Positions 48,351 through 60,200 of a stretch of DNA of 64,000 nt are shown here, in pieces (position 1 is the first letter of the stretch; each line of letters opens with the position of its first letter). The position numbers and the translations under genes are program-made. The stretch lies in the NCBI GenBank assembly GCA_036172245.1, contig JAYWIR010000061.1:62001-126000 (forward strand), written 5' to 3'. The notes beneath the pieces were generated by a model that was given only the letters and a program-made list of their open reading frames with translations, made no database searches and was not told the DNA's origin. The DNA comes from Raillietiella orientalis. Taxonomy: Eukaryota.

Positions 48351-48903
48351 CTGAGAGGGATGCGAGGAAGGCGTGGAAGGGTTGGAGAACCTCGGAGGGA
48401 ATGGAGTGCTGTGTTATTCTCGAACAGGGCTCAGAATGGAAGCAGAAGCTTCACCGGGATTTTCATCTATCCTCCATCTCTGTCCTCGCCTTTGCTCTAC
48501 CGAAGAACAGACGTCCTCCTTTAGGGAGTCCCATTGGTTGAACAGGAAAATCTCCCTTAGGGCAAGAGAGAGCATGTAGCCCCCCTCCGAGACTGGAATG
48601 AGCTCTCCTATTACCCCTGGCACCCAACCATCCTGTCCTCCCTGGGAACGGTGTGTCGAGTAGTCGCTTCCTAGCATGTACCTCCTTCCGGGGGGAACGT
48701 GAGGAGTAGGGCCGGTAAATTCGGCTTGGAAGCGAACGTGTCTCCGAGACAGGGGTAGTAGTGGGGTTTCCAGAAGTCTATTTCCTTCGTTCCCTCCTTC
48801 CCACTTCGAGACATTTCCTCGGCAGCAGCCTCTGCCTCCTTCCCCGCGAAAGACCCCCTGCGGAAGATCTCCCGGAATGCCTCTCTCCTCTCTTCTCGGT
48901 CAG

Positions 48904-49071
48904 CCAAGATGTATGGAGCCAGGATCATCCGCCAGCAGAAACGGGACTCGCCCCGCGGGGAGCACGTGAAGCGACCGATGAACGCCTTCATGTGCTGGGC
49001 CAAGGATGAGCGCCGGAAGATCCTCAAGGCGTGCCCGGACATGCACAACTCGGAGATCTCCAAGCTACTCG
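48904..49071 (+). CDS. SoxD: SoxD-group HMG-box transcription factor, HMG exon A
   Basis: Pyrimidine tract plus CAG acceptor at 48901-48903. Reads (x)[74 protein letters not shown] is SoxD-diagnostic. GT donor at 49072 (gtaaag), phase 1. Confidence 0.95.
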
Positions 49072-49209
49072 GTAAAGGAGCCGGGAAGGGGGAGTACGGG
49101 AGAGCAGGGAGAGGGCGCTCCCAGAGGGGGAAGAGGTGAATCGGGGATGCGCTTCCCGCAGCGCACACGCCTCTCGTTGGCTCCCCTGCAACCCTCCCCT
49201 TCGCCGCAG

Positions 49210-49700
49210 GTGCCCGCTGGAAGGCGATGACTAACGAGGAGAAGCAGCCCTACTATGAGGAGCAGAGCCGCCTGTCCCGAGTGCACATGGAGAAGCACCC
49301 GGACTACCGGTACCGCCCCAGGCCCAAGCGCATGTGCATCGTCGACGGGAAGAAGCTGCGCATCTCAGAGTTCAAGACGCTGATGCGCAGGCGCAGGGAG
49401 GAGATCCGCAGGATGTGGTGCCAGGGCGGGGAGAAGATCCCCTGCGCCCAGGACGAGGAGGGCGAGGACGATGAAGGAGCTCGCGGGGTTCGGGCGGAAG
49501 CCCCCGCGGCCGCCGCCGCCGTCTTCAACCCCGTCTGTTGCTCTTCCTCCTCTCCCTCCTCCTCCTCCTCCTCTTCTTCCTCCTCCTCCTGCTCCAGGAT
49601 ACCGGTTCCCTTCAAGGCCGACTTGGACGGCGATGGCGATGGAGGCACCGCCCCCTCGTCGGCGATGGAGTTCGTCCCGCTCTCGGAAGTGACTTCGTGA
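49210..49700 (+). CDS. SoxD: SoxD HMG exon B and C-terminus (last coding exon)
   Basis: Follows a 138-nt GT..AG intron (49072-49209) that splits the Gly codon. Reads [71 protein letters not shown], the typical SoxD post-HMG extension. Poly-Ser tail, then TGA at 49698-49700. Confidence 0.95.
49540..49592 (+). repeat. (TCC)n coding repeat giving poly-Ser in the SoxD C-terminus
   Basis: Directly visible; translates as [17 protein letters not shown]. Confidence 0.9.
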
Positions 49701-49906
49701 GGCCACGCCCCCTCCGCCACGCCCGCCCTCTCCCGCACGCCCTCACGCACCTGCAGCTGCCACTCCGTTCCGATCCGCCCGCGCCGGTTCTGTGATACGT
49801 GAACGGACTGACCCCCGCGAAGAGTGGGGACCAGGCCAGGAGTGACCCCTCCTTTCACTGCTCCCGCTCTTCTTACCGGTCCTTGCGTCTCGCCCTCCGT
49901 ATGGGA

Positions 49907-49912
49907 AATAAA
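49907..49912 (+). terminator. Putative polyadenylation signal of SoxD
   Basis: AATAAA about 210 nt after the stop codon, with a GT/T-rich stretch at about 49975-50010. Confidence 0.6.
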
Positions 49913-50519
49913 GCTTCGAAACGCATCTTCCAGAATCAGGCCGCCCTAAGGGGGAGGGAGAAGGGGAACAGAGACTTTTTTGTGTGTTTTTTGATCCTTC
50001 TTTCTTTTTTTCATCGCTCCAGGCCCCTAGATGCCCCGTGGATGCCCTTCCGAGCCACCGCAACTTCTCTCCCGAATGGATTTGTGTACAGGAAAGGTCT
50101 TGGAGAATGAACAAGCTGTCTGTGAAGGGTCTCTCCTTCTCCGGGAGAGAAAGCAATGGCGTGGCATCCGGGCACGGCCACCCATCTTTCGTTCCCTCCT
50201 CTTTACCTCCGTCCTTCCTCAGCTCCATCCCCTTTCTTCCTGAGAAAGGAGCCTCGCTGCTAGAGAGGATCATCCCAGGTGATGGGTTGCCACCCTACCT
50301 GGAACCCTCCTGGAACAGCATCTTATCTGGACCAGCAGGGAGCTTCTGAACGGCGGCTCCCTCGAGGGAACCCTTTAGGAAACCGGAAATCGTGCTCCTA
50401 CCCCTCTTGTTCTCAAGGGATCGAAAGAGGCAGCGGGAGCCCTCGAAACTGCATCCCAGGCTCCAAGAGGAAGGAACTGCAGCCTTGCTGATCCCCAAAG
50501 CGACTCATCCATTGTCACT

Positions 50520-52830
50520 GCTCCCCTTTTTCAAGGGTCGGTTTCTTTTCTCCCCCCTCCCGCCTTTACCAGGGAGCCGCAGATTGGGGTCTCCACCTCG
50601 ACGAGATAAAAACGAAGGTTTACGGAAAACGTTCCCGTAAAAGGCGAACATGGGAGTCATCAGAAAGCCTGTGCCAAGTGCAAGGCTGCTCCTCTGGAAA
50701 ATCTCCCTTCCTCCTGCTTTTTCCCTTTTTTTCGTTTCCTCTTCCTCTATGGAGTAGCCCGAGAACGCATCCATCCCGGGCAGGAAGGGAATCGAGTAGC
50801 TCTGCTCTTCCTTCTCCTCCTCCTCGTTTCAGGATGCGGGGCGGGGATCGCCTCCTCGGCAGACATGCGGAGGACCGTGTCCCGGACTTCCCGGTGCGGC
50901 GTCGGCATCTTCCCAGGTAGCGGAAAAGGCCCATCATCCCCCTTTCTAATTAGACGCGAGCTGCCGGAGGCGGCCATCCGCATCCCTCCTGGCTCCTCGT
51001 TTCCTACCGTCGGCGAAGGCCGAGAATCTGGCAAATTTGTAAGCGGAAATCGGGATCCACCAGAAACGAGCGCGCTTCTGTCCTTCCCTTTCCCCCATCT
51101 CCCCTTCTTCTCTCCCACGTTCGAGAACGTCACCCCCATTCTTTACCTTTTTTTTTGGCCTTTCGCCTCTGCCTAATTCCAGTAGCGGAACGTTCCCTTG
51201 GGAAAGAGCAGAGCCCGACTTTTAGCGAGGGCGCGGGAGCGGCGGAAGGCAGATCACCCCTGGCTTTCGGCAGCAGTTCTTGGCAAATCCGGGTCGCGCC
51301 CCCGAAGGAGGCGACCGCTGCGAAAAAAAAGAGGATGAAAAGGAAGACGAGCGGCTTCCCTTTCCCAGGAGCCTGACGATCGTCGGTAGATGTGCACACG
51401 CTTCAGGGACGCTGACCGGGAGGCGGGACGCATGGCGAGGTGGAACTCAGCAGGAGGAGGAGGGAGGGAGGAAAGGTTGGGAAGGAGGAGAGAAAAGGCG
51501 GAAGAGGAAGAGCAAGACCCCTTTTGCTGGGATAAAACCGGCCACCTCTACCGACCGAGTCAGAGCGGCTCTGGACGTCTCCAAATCGAAGGGCTGCCTC
51601 TTCGTTGGCTGCAGGAAGAGATGGCTCCCCAAACGGGAAGGGTTTCAGTCCAAAGGATCTGGGAGTGGCGTTATCGATCCCTTTGGGGAAAACAGCATCC
51701 AGTTCCTGGACTGGAAGCCAGCTTCACCTTTAGGAGTGCTTTTGTGGGCACTCGGCGATGCGAATCCATGAAAGCTCCCCTGAGGGCGACAGTAAGCCCC
51801 AGAGTCGCTTCCTGAGAGGTCCACTATGACATCTGGCTCTCGTGAGCTACTTACTTCCTGGAATGCTTCCTTCCGGCGTGGCCTCACTGAACCTGGGCTG
51901 AAGGGGTAGCTAATGACCGTATAGAAGTAGTGCACGGAGCATTTCCTCCTCCCAAATTTTCCTCCCACATGGGGACCGCCTCGAGAAAGCGAGCATCCCA
52001 CTCGCGTTTTCTGCTCCCCGTTCCTGTCTGAAGACCACTCTACCCCCTCATTTGTCCCGCTAGCGTAAGAGACACGCGCAGGACAGCCTCCTGTGTGCAC
52101 CTCATGGGCGGCTCCCAGCTTGCGTTCTGAGGTCACTGGCACGCCACTGAGCCATCCCGCATCCGAGACTACTTCCTCCCGTTGACCCAGCATCTGGGTC
52201 TTCTCTCGCTAAGCATCCAGCCAGAACTCTTTCGGCCCATTTCGTGCTGTCTCCAGGAGGCTGTCTTCAGAAGACATCAGGATGGGGGAAGGAAGCATAT
52301 GGAAGCAGGTCGAATGGCAGCTCCAGCTAGTCTCCTCCGGAGGCGACGCTCGCTTAGCCATTTTGAGCCTCGAAGGAAACTTTTCGTCCTCTCCTGTCTT
52401 GAACCGGTCTTCTTGAACTCATAGCAAAACTCCCCAGGGTAAGCAGGCCTTCGCGGGTCAAGGTGTCCCGGGGTAACACAGAAACTCCTCCGCCTTTCAT
52501 TTTATTGCGTGAAAGAATGTCCGAGAAAGGAATCAAGAAAATTGAAGATGTTTGTGAAGACGCCTCTTGAAAGGCCATCTTGTTAACCCTGGGAAAAGGT
52601 GCCCAGTGGTTCAGGCAGGCATAAACTGCTCCTCCACGACCCAGGATTAGATGACCAATTATTTCACCAATCTGCAGCGGAGGAGGAGCAGAGATTCCGA
52701 ACCTGTCGGCTCGTCGGTCAGCTCCTCCGAAATCCTTCCATCGGTCTCTGCGACCTGAGCACCCCTTTGAGCGAGTTCCTTCCGATTCCGCGATCATTCG
52801 CGTCCATTTGCTTCCGGGCATCAAAGATTC
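50520..52830 (-). mobile_element. Decayed LINE (APE end plus RT)
   Basis: CLNHWAPF, PKGEAGFQSRNWML, PTKRQPFDLETSRAALT and LFRYLG (about 50912-50930) occur in the expected order on the minus strand. Confidence 0.5.
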
Positions 52831-53299
52831 TCGGTCCCTAGCATCGACCGATCGACAGGATGGTTCTCGTGCCTTGTCGAAAACGCTTCATTCCAGCCCT
52901 AAGGTTCCCTCGTCCCCCTTTGTTCGATTACCCCTCCCTGTCCCTCGACATTTTCGCGGTTGCCTCTCCGCGCATGCGATTTCGCTACTCTTTCTACACA
53001 TTCTGCTGTCACGTCCAGTCTCCGGTATCCCAGGGAGCGGCCCGCAGCACCTGCTCCTTGAAGGAGAAGGAACGGCGCTGCATTCGATTTCGCAAGCGGC
53101 CGCCGAAGCGAGAGAAGCTTCCTGGCTCGGGTTCCGTTCGGTGTTTCCACCCGGGTACGCCCGGTGGAAACACCCGGGCGTACAGTTTATTGATAAACTC
53201 TACAAATACATGGTACGAGGCCCCACTAACGGCCGCACAACACCGGACCTGCCGGGACGCCGGGACGCAGCCTGGCGTGACGCTCCTCGGCAGTGGAGG

Positions 53300-53950
53300 G
53301 GGATGGGGGAGAAAACAAAAATAAAAATAAAGATAAAGAAAACCAAAAAGAGTTTGGAGGGAGGGGAAGGGATCACTGTCCACTAGGAGGAGGGTCCATC
53401 CTTCGCAGGATGCCCTCTAGGTCCTTCTGCATTTGTCCCAGATGGGGCCATCTCGCAGCTCTTCGCATGAAGCTCACAGCATACGGGATGACTTCCCTCT
53501 CGTTAGCATCCACTCCTCCGTCGCGGGTATCGCTCCAGGCCGCCACGATGCCTCGGATGCAGCAGAGGGCTGCGACGGCTGCGGCGGGCTGTAGGGCGTC
53601 CCGCACGAAGAGGGACCGAAGAACGTCTCTGGGCGCGTTGCCCATTGGGAGCCCGAGGGCCGTCCCAAACCGTTCTCATAGGGGTCGGATGGCAGCACAG
53701 TCAACTAGAAGGTGGGGGAGCGATTCCCGCTCCCCACACCTGGCACACTCAGAACTTACACTTCCTCGCGTCCAGTGGAAGCGGCGCGCGTTGCAGGGTA
53801 AACCCCAGTGCAACAGCAGCAGTTCCATTCGGTGGGAACATTTGCCAGGGAAGGTGCATGGGGCGCGGAAGGAAGCGCGGTGAGTTTCGAGGAAAAAAGG
53901 GGGATCCGGTCTCCCATGGATGAATTAGCGGAAATCTCAGCGGGGGGCAA
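53300..53950 (-). mobile_element. 3' fragment of an L1/Tx1-like LINE ORF2 with zf-RVT zinc finger and T-rich 3' UTR
   Basis: LLLHWGLPCNARRFHWTRGSVSSECARCGERESLPHLLVDCAAIRPL*ERF (CxxC-x7-H-x4-C; the stop at 53676-53678 replaces the expected Trp). Open to the stop at 53373, followed by a pyrimidine-rich tail. Confidence 0.7.
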
Positions 53951-54061
53951 TATGGAATGTGCCGTCGTGCCCGCGGGGCGTATGGAAACGTGGCCGCAAC
54001 ATCGCCTGCAAAATGCCACTACCTAAAAGAAAAAAAGGAAAAACGCCACTACCTATCCACA

Positions 54062-55150
54062 CGGCCGCCAACGCGGTCGTATGGCTGCGGTCTCCGCCGC
54101 GCGTGGCACCGAGCGCTGCAAGTTTGAATGTCGCCTGGGGAGAAGGATCGACGCCGGAAATGGGAGGTGCGTCGTGGGTTTCGAATCTCCTCCCCCCGCG
54201 GGACGAAGCTGGCTGGCCTCGGTTGGCTTCGGGTGGGGCATTGGTGGAAGCCGGATATCCCTGTTGATTGACCAAGATTGGAAGTTGACCCTCCGGGGTC
54301 CTTCCAGGAATGAAGGAGGAGCCGGTTCTCTTCGGGGTTTCCCTCCGGTTGTGGAAATGAAGCTGTCCTTAGTCCCCTCCCTCGGGAGGACCTCGAAGAA
54401 GGGCACAAGAAGGGATCACCGACAGCTGCGAGGCGTCCTTTGTATTCCCTGGAAAGATGCCGAGAAGTTTCATCTCCATCGTACCTCAGCCGTTTCGGAC
54501 GAGACCATATCGTCGCGATCCTCAAAAAGTGGATGGCGGGCGTGTTGCCTACGAGTGCATATCAGCCGCCGTCACCTTCTTCTAGGGATGCTGCTCCCGT
54601 TGAGTAGCCAGGATTAGAAGTTAGCCTTCCAGGGGACTTCCATCAATGGGCCCTCAGAGGCTCTCCTCCGGTTGTGCAAATGGAGCTATCTTCCCCCCCT
54701 GGGGGTAAACCTTCCATCGCGCACCATGAAGCTGGTTGATACTCCCTCGGGAATCTGCCTCTCCCGAGTGGCAGAAGCGCGCTGCTTCCTTCATGGAGCT
54801 CCCTCTACAGAAATCTAGCAGCTTCCTGTTGGGGTTCTCTTCAGAGGAGGGAACAAAGAGCGATTACTTCGCGGGTTCTCTCCGAAGAAGAAACGAAGAG
54901 TGACTCTTTCCGGAGTTCCCTCCGGAAAGAATAAGGAAGCGGTTCCCTTCGGAGACAGCCAGGACAAGGGTACCCCTATCTAACGTAAAGAGGAACAAAC
55001 TTCTTCCACCGGAGTCTTCCTGGATTCATAAAGTGGTCCCTCCGTTGTAACTCCTATCTTGGAGAGTTAAAACGCATCCTCGGGAGGCGTGGACATTGTC
55101 GAGGAGCTTCGTGATTTTCTAATCGAACGGTTCCTAAGTACTTCGCTTAG
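54062..55150 (+). mobile_element. SINE copy E (head plus core, then a second core plus body; probably two juxtaposed copies)
   Basis: Head GGTCGTATGGCTGCGGTCTCCGCCGCGCGTGGCACCGAG. Core at about 54265-54312, a second diverged core at about 54600-54642, then repeat units and the family 3' end (ACGCATCCTCGGGAGGCGTGGAC...GAGCTTCGTGA). Confidence 0.7.
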
Positions 55151-57180
55151 CTCCGGAACGGCAATGTGGCACAAAGTGCTCCTCTGCGCGCGCGCACTTG
55201 CAGCTTGACTACTTTCGGAGGGAGGCTGGTCAGCTGCAAGAGCGCGGCACTCCCATTGCAGGAGCGTCTGTACCCTGGGGAGCCGCACGTGGAGGAGAGC
55301 CACAGCTACCACAGCACCTGGACATCCTTTCCCTGCTCGGCCACGCGCCAGACGAGCGCAGTGAATGCCCTGATGGACGTGCGCACCCGATGTGCGCACC
55401 ACTTAGGGAACTTCTTGCTGAGATTCCGTGCCGTTGCTCCTCGCATCCAGGAAAGCGATTGCTCGCACACCTGGGTAACCCAGCGCTCCCTATGCGTTCC
55501 GTCCGGCATGGCACGCACAGAGCTTCCATACAACAACGTGTCTTGCTGGATTTCGCGTGGGTCACGGCGTTCGAGGATAGCTCGGGAAAAAACATTCGCT
55601 CTCTGTAAGGGTGTGGGCCAAGCCGGTAGCCGCTGCGAATGCTCCACGTCAAAGAGTCCTGCTTCTTTCCCGATTTCGTGTCTTCCAGATCCGAATGCAT
55701 GCTGCAACACGAAAAGATTCCACCAGGTCGAGATGACATCCTCTTCGTCCTTCGCTGGTTTTTCCCCTAGCTTCCTGGAAATCTGCGCGTCGCCTCAATG
55801 GACGCGTTTTGGGAATGCAGTTGCCTAGCGAGCCAGCAGAATGCTCTTGGGCTCTAGAATGGTGCCACACGATCTACACTTTGGTTCAGGCACCAGCTCT
55901 GTGACGCTCTGTGATGGGAGAAGCGCTGGCTGGGAAGATTGCTCAAGAAAGGGATGTCGCCTGTCGAAGTCAGAGAGAAGCAGCTCTGAAGGTCGGTGGT
56001 CCTCTCCTGGAGATCCTGACTTTGGGCCGTCCAGAAGGTGTCTCAAAGAAACCACTTGCATGCATGAAGCTTCCGCTAATCAGGGACAGCACGCACGGGC
56101 ACGTTTGCAGACGGAGAACCGCAGAGTCGCCTCCCACAACAACGCATCCGGTGCAGTTATGAGAAGGAAGTACTCAACAAGTGTTCTCAATCTCAAACGC
56201 AATCAGGCCTGGCCATTTCTTAGTAGAAAATCAAGGGAACAAGAATAATTCGCCTTGGATAGCACAGAATCTCCAGCCACTTCTTTACTTCAGGCAGACG
56301 CACTCGGTTCTCGGATTACAGATTCATCCGTACAGACTGGCTAAACATTCTTTCCGGTATCAGAGGGGTTGCATATCGCTAACGCGACCGTGGCTACAGA
56401 AGATCTCAGTTTGGAGATGAGACACCCTGTCTCATGTGTTAAACAGCTGCCTGTGGCACGCTCCCCAGTGCACTTTGGGGTGCGGTGCCTTGATCCACCT
56501 ACTGGAAGCTGGAGGGAGTTGGGGAAAGGTCTCCGACAACAGGCTAATCCCTGGAGTGGACTCTGGCCTCCGTCCGGATCCAGTTTCACACAAGGGGAGG
56601 GATCGTCGTTTTAGACGTTGCTGCCTTCTCCATCAAGAGCACCCCTTGAGCTTTCACAGGTGCTCGAGGGGGACAGGAGGGCAAACACAAAGACCTCTCA
56701 CTGTCTTCCGAGACTGACAAAGGGCGCTCAGGTGAAGATCAGGGTCCTCCTAACTGACGCGGGTCCCGGAATCACCAAAATGAAGTAAAGGACTGTGAAA
56801 GATGGGAATGTCAAGGCCGCACCTTGGCAAGGTGAGATGCCTTACAGTTGCCTCGAATATCTCGATTCGGCTGCTGCAGATAACGGGCCCCTAGGTTGGG
56901 ACATCCCCGATGAAGAAATTCCTCGCCTGGGCACTCCGGGGAGTTTGTTGTTTAATAAAAAAAAAAAAGCTAGTTGGGATCTGAGTCCCCAACCGAAAAC
57001 AAGAGAAGTTCAAGGGGAGGGCCCACCGACACGCAGGTCAGGACATCTAAAAATGGGAAACGGAAAGAAGAGGTCAGCAAATAAATACGAAAATGTGGGA
57101 AGGAAGGGGCAAGGGTCTTTGGTTCGTTTCTTCTTGAGAAAAGAAAAAAACCGGGAAAAATCCGGAACATGTGAGAGGGA

Positions 57181-57215
57181 ACAAAAAACAAACAAACAAA
57201 TAAATAAATAAATAA
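57181..57215. repeat. (AAAC)n(AAAT)n microsatellite
   Basis: Directly visible. Confidence 0.85.
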
Positions 57216-57229
57216 GGGGTGAGTGGGGA

Positions 57230-60200
57230 CAGGGGTTGCCGGTTTTGCCGTTCCTTCCTTTTCGAGGCGGTGCTGGATGTCGACGATCTCCACCTTGAAT
57301 TCTTCTTCCAGGTGAAAGCACCTTGCGGCCTTCCCCATGTAGGCAGCTGTCATCACGGTGACCTCCCTCCGCCCCGTCCGCGTCTCGAGCACATGGCGGG
57401 CCGTGACGCTGGCGCGGACTCAACACACAGTGAGGAATTCGAACGCCAACAAAAAAAGGGCTCCAGCCGATGATGATGTGGTCGGGGCTCCTCGCAAAAG
57501 ATTCGACAATCTCATGAGGAAAGGACAAGATGGAGGACAGGAGACGGAGAGGTGGAGACGGCAAAGTTTGTGAAGATCGCAAAGAACGGCTCCCTTCGTT
57601 GTACGCAATCTCTCCGTTCACCCCCACAAGCAGAGCTGGCCCGTGCACGTCCTTGGGTCGTCCAGCTCGTCCAACACACCGTCGTTCTTGAAATCCCAGG
57701 ACCCCAATGAGCCGACAATGAAGGTACGAACAGACGCTTCGGGTCTTCCTGAGGATGAAAGCTCGTGGTTCAAACGTTTTTTCTCTTCTCATTTGCTGAC
57801 CTGGAACGTTGCCAGTGTGAACGCTGTCGATGTGCTTTCGAGTGGGCAACTCAAGTCGAATATTATGGCGCCATTCTCTTTCCTCGGGAAGAGGTCGGGT
57901 TGCAAGGTCGTCTTGTTGTCTAGCGAGGATCCTTTCCGATAAGGTGATGCGAAGTTGAAGGCGCTGGCTGCGACGATTTAGAATGTGTGACGAGACCTGA
58001 TTCCTCTCTCTGGAACCAATCGTTCTCCTACCTGCTTCCCATCTGTTGCTCGAGTAAACAGGAGCACGGATGCGTGCGGTAAGAAATGAATTCGAAACCT
58101 CTGAGCCTCAGAATGATGCAGGATGATTCACTCAGTGGAGCGCATGGAGCGGACCGAACGCAACAAGACGGGAAAAGAGCAAAGTCGGCACCTGACCTCT
58201 TAACTTGCTCTGTTCTCGTAAGCAGCGTCATCTGGCACTTTGATGTGAAAAAAAGTAATGGAAGGTATCTGAGTGCCTTGCCAAAGAAATGAATCCTTCT
58301 GTGGGAACAATAATGATGGAGAAGAAAGATCCTGTTACCCACTATGACGTACTCTTGATCCAATGGAGGCTAAAGAGGAACTTTTGGATGACTTGGGATT
58401 ACTTCGACAGCATCCATTTTCTCGAGGAAGAAGAACAGCGAAACGCCGAGTACCCGATTGACGTGTCTTGAACAGGACGCTTTCGGCGACAGAGCTGGCA
58501 CGTCTTGTTGCATCCCAGGTGATGCGCACCGGTTTCTCATCCAGTTTATGTTCGTCACACAACTCCTCAATCTCTGAATACTTTTCGATTTGGGGGATCC
58601 CAGAGGACCACGCAGTCCGAATTCAACGTTCCCAATGATCTGCAGAAGATTTCAAGCGGTTAGCATCAATGAGTTTCGAGGACGTTCGTGAATTCTCGGA
58701 TGAAAATCCATCTTTATTTCTTGAATTTTCTCACTTCTTCCGGAACAAAGGTCCCTATGATCCTGTTCTTTTGATTCAACATCTGATCCTCACCGTGAAT
58801 GCCAGCGCACTTCAGAGCATCCAATTATCTATAATTTTCTTCCCAGAGTTCCTGCATCCATCATTTGTCGTGTGCGGCATGCAGATCGATGCACCGGAGC
58901 TGCCTGTACGTCAGCACATATGGATTTCCATTTATTTGAGAAGATTCTTAAAATCTGCATTTCCGGAGCGCGTTTCTCAATCTGCCCAACTACCACGAAG
59001 GCAAATTGGAGGATTAGACGACCACAGTCGGTTGGATCCTCGATCCCGGATTTCAGCGATTTCTGTTTCTAAAAATATGCGCCCTCTTCGAGGCCTTAGA
59101 GCAGGCTAAATAGTCACAGAGTGCACCAAGCTGTGGGTTTCCTCGAGAGAGATCTGAAGCTTCCCTCCCTCACGCTCATGAGCCTCTGCTATTTCCTCTT
59201 TCGACCCCTGAAGAACCCTCATCTTTGGAGAAGGGATGCAGCATATCGGACCAATTTCCCATTGAAAGATTTGATGATGGCGCTTCGTCGCTATGGGAGC
59301 CGTGCAAGTGCTTGTGATGCAAGAATCCTGAATCAAGGACTGGTGATCAAACAACGGAGAAGGAGGGAAATTATTCAATAGATGTGGTAGAGGACGCTTA
59401 TGGTGAAAGGAAGATTGGATGCTCTCATGATTCCAAGAGATTGGGCAAGATTTTTCAGCTCGCCATCTATGGGGTCTCGATCATAAGAAGACTCAATCGG
59501 AATTATTTATTTCAACAAGTATTTTTAGGGACATGGAGTCCCCAGTTAGTGTATCCCTTTGATTCTGTTCGTGATCCGAAACTGCTGTTGAAGTACCATT
59601 GCGGCCGCACATTTCCGCTAGGAGGTGGGTGACACGCATCAGAACTCCGCGGTTCTTGCAGCTGCCGCTGCCGATGCTAGGATTCGATTTGTGTCCTCTC
59701 CAGCCAGCGCCTCCGCCCTCAACGCTCATGGGTGGTGCACCATGTGGCTGTCAGTCCGGGAGAAGAAGAGATCTCAAGTACAGCAACAGTCACCAAATAC
59801 ATCACAGGTACTGGATTCAGCAGATGCAGGCGAGCTTAGTTCCTCTTTCTCGAATTCGTCGGATCCAGTTTGACTTCAGGAAACCCATCCTCCGAACCAC
59901 TGATTGAAACGTATCTTCCCGTAGCTATTATGGACCTAACTAGGAAGTTCTCCTTGGCATCTGTCATCGATTTTTCTGGATGGAAGCCGGAAAAATCTTT
60001 CCTACGCTATAGGTGGCTTGGTCCTGTCCGATGGTCCAATCCACTTATCCTTCTATTTCTATCCTATTATTCTTTTCTTTTCATCACTTTCAAAGGTCGT
60101 TCTTCGCAGCGGTGCATCTGGTAGGAAGAACTGGCTACCATTTATTCGCGACCATCTCTCCTCCTCCCCATGTGAATAGGAAGTGGCCTCCGTTTTTAAG

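Noticed and set aside
49304..49858. Minus-strand 184-aa ORF with poly-Glu
   Set aside because: Antisense shadow of the GC3-rich SoxD exon and its TCC repeat.
50283..50298. hAT-like terminal motif GGGTTGCCA (also near 22116, 57232 and 62458)
   Set aside because: No convincing inverted partner with an 8-bp TSD was found.
55150..56760. Overlapping 130-220 aa ORFs
   Set aside because: No recognisable domain or consistent splice structure. It may be another relic but I cannot support a call.
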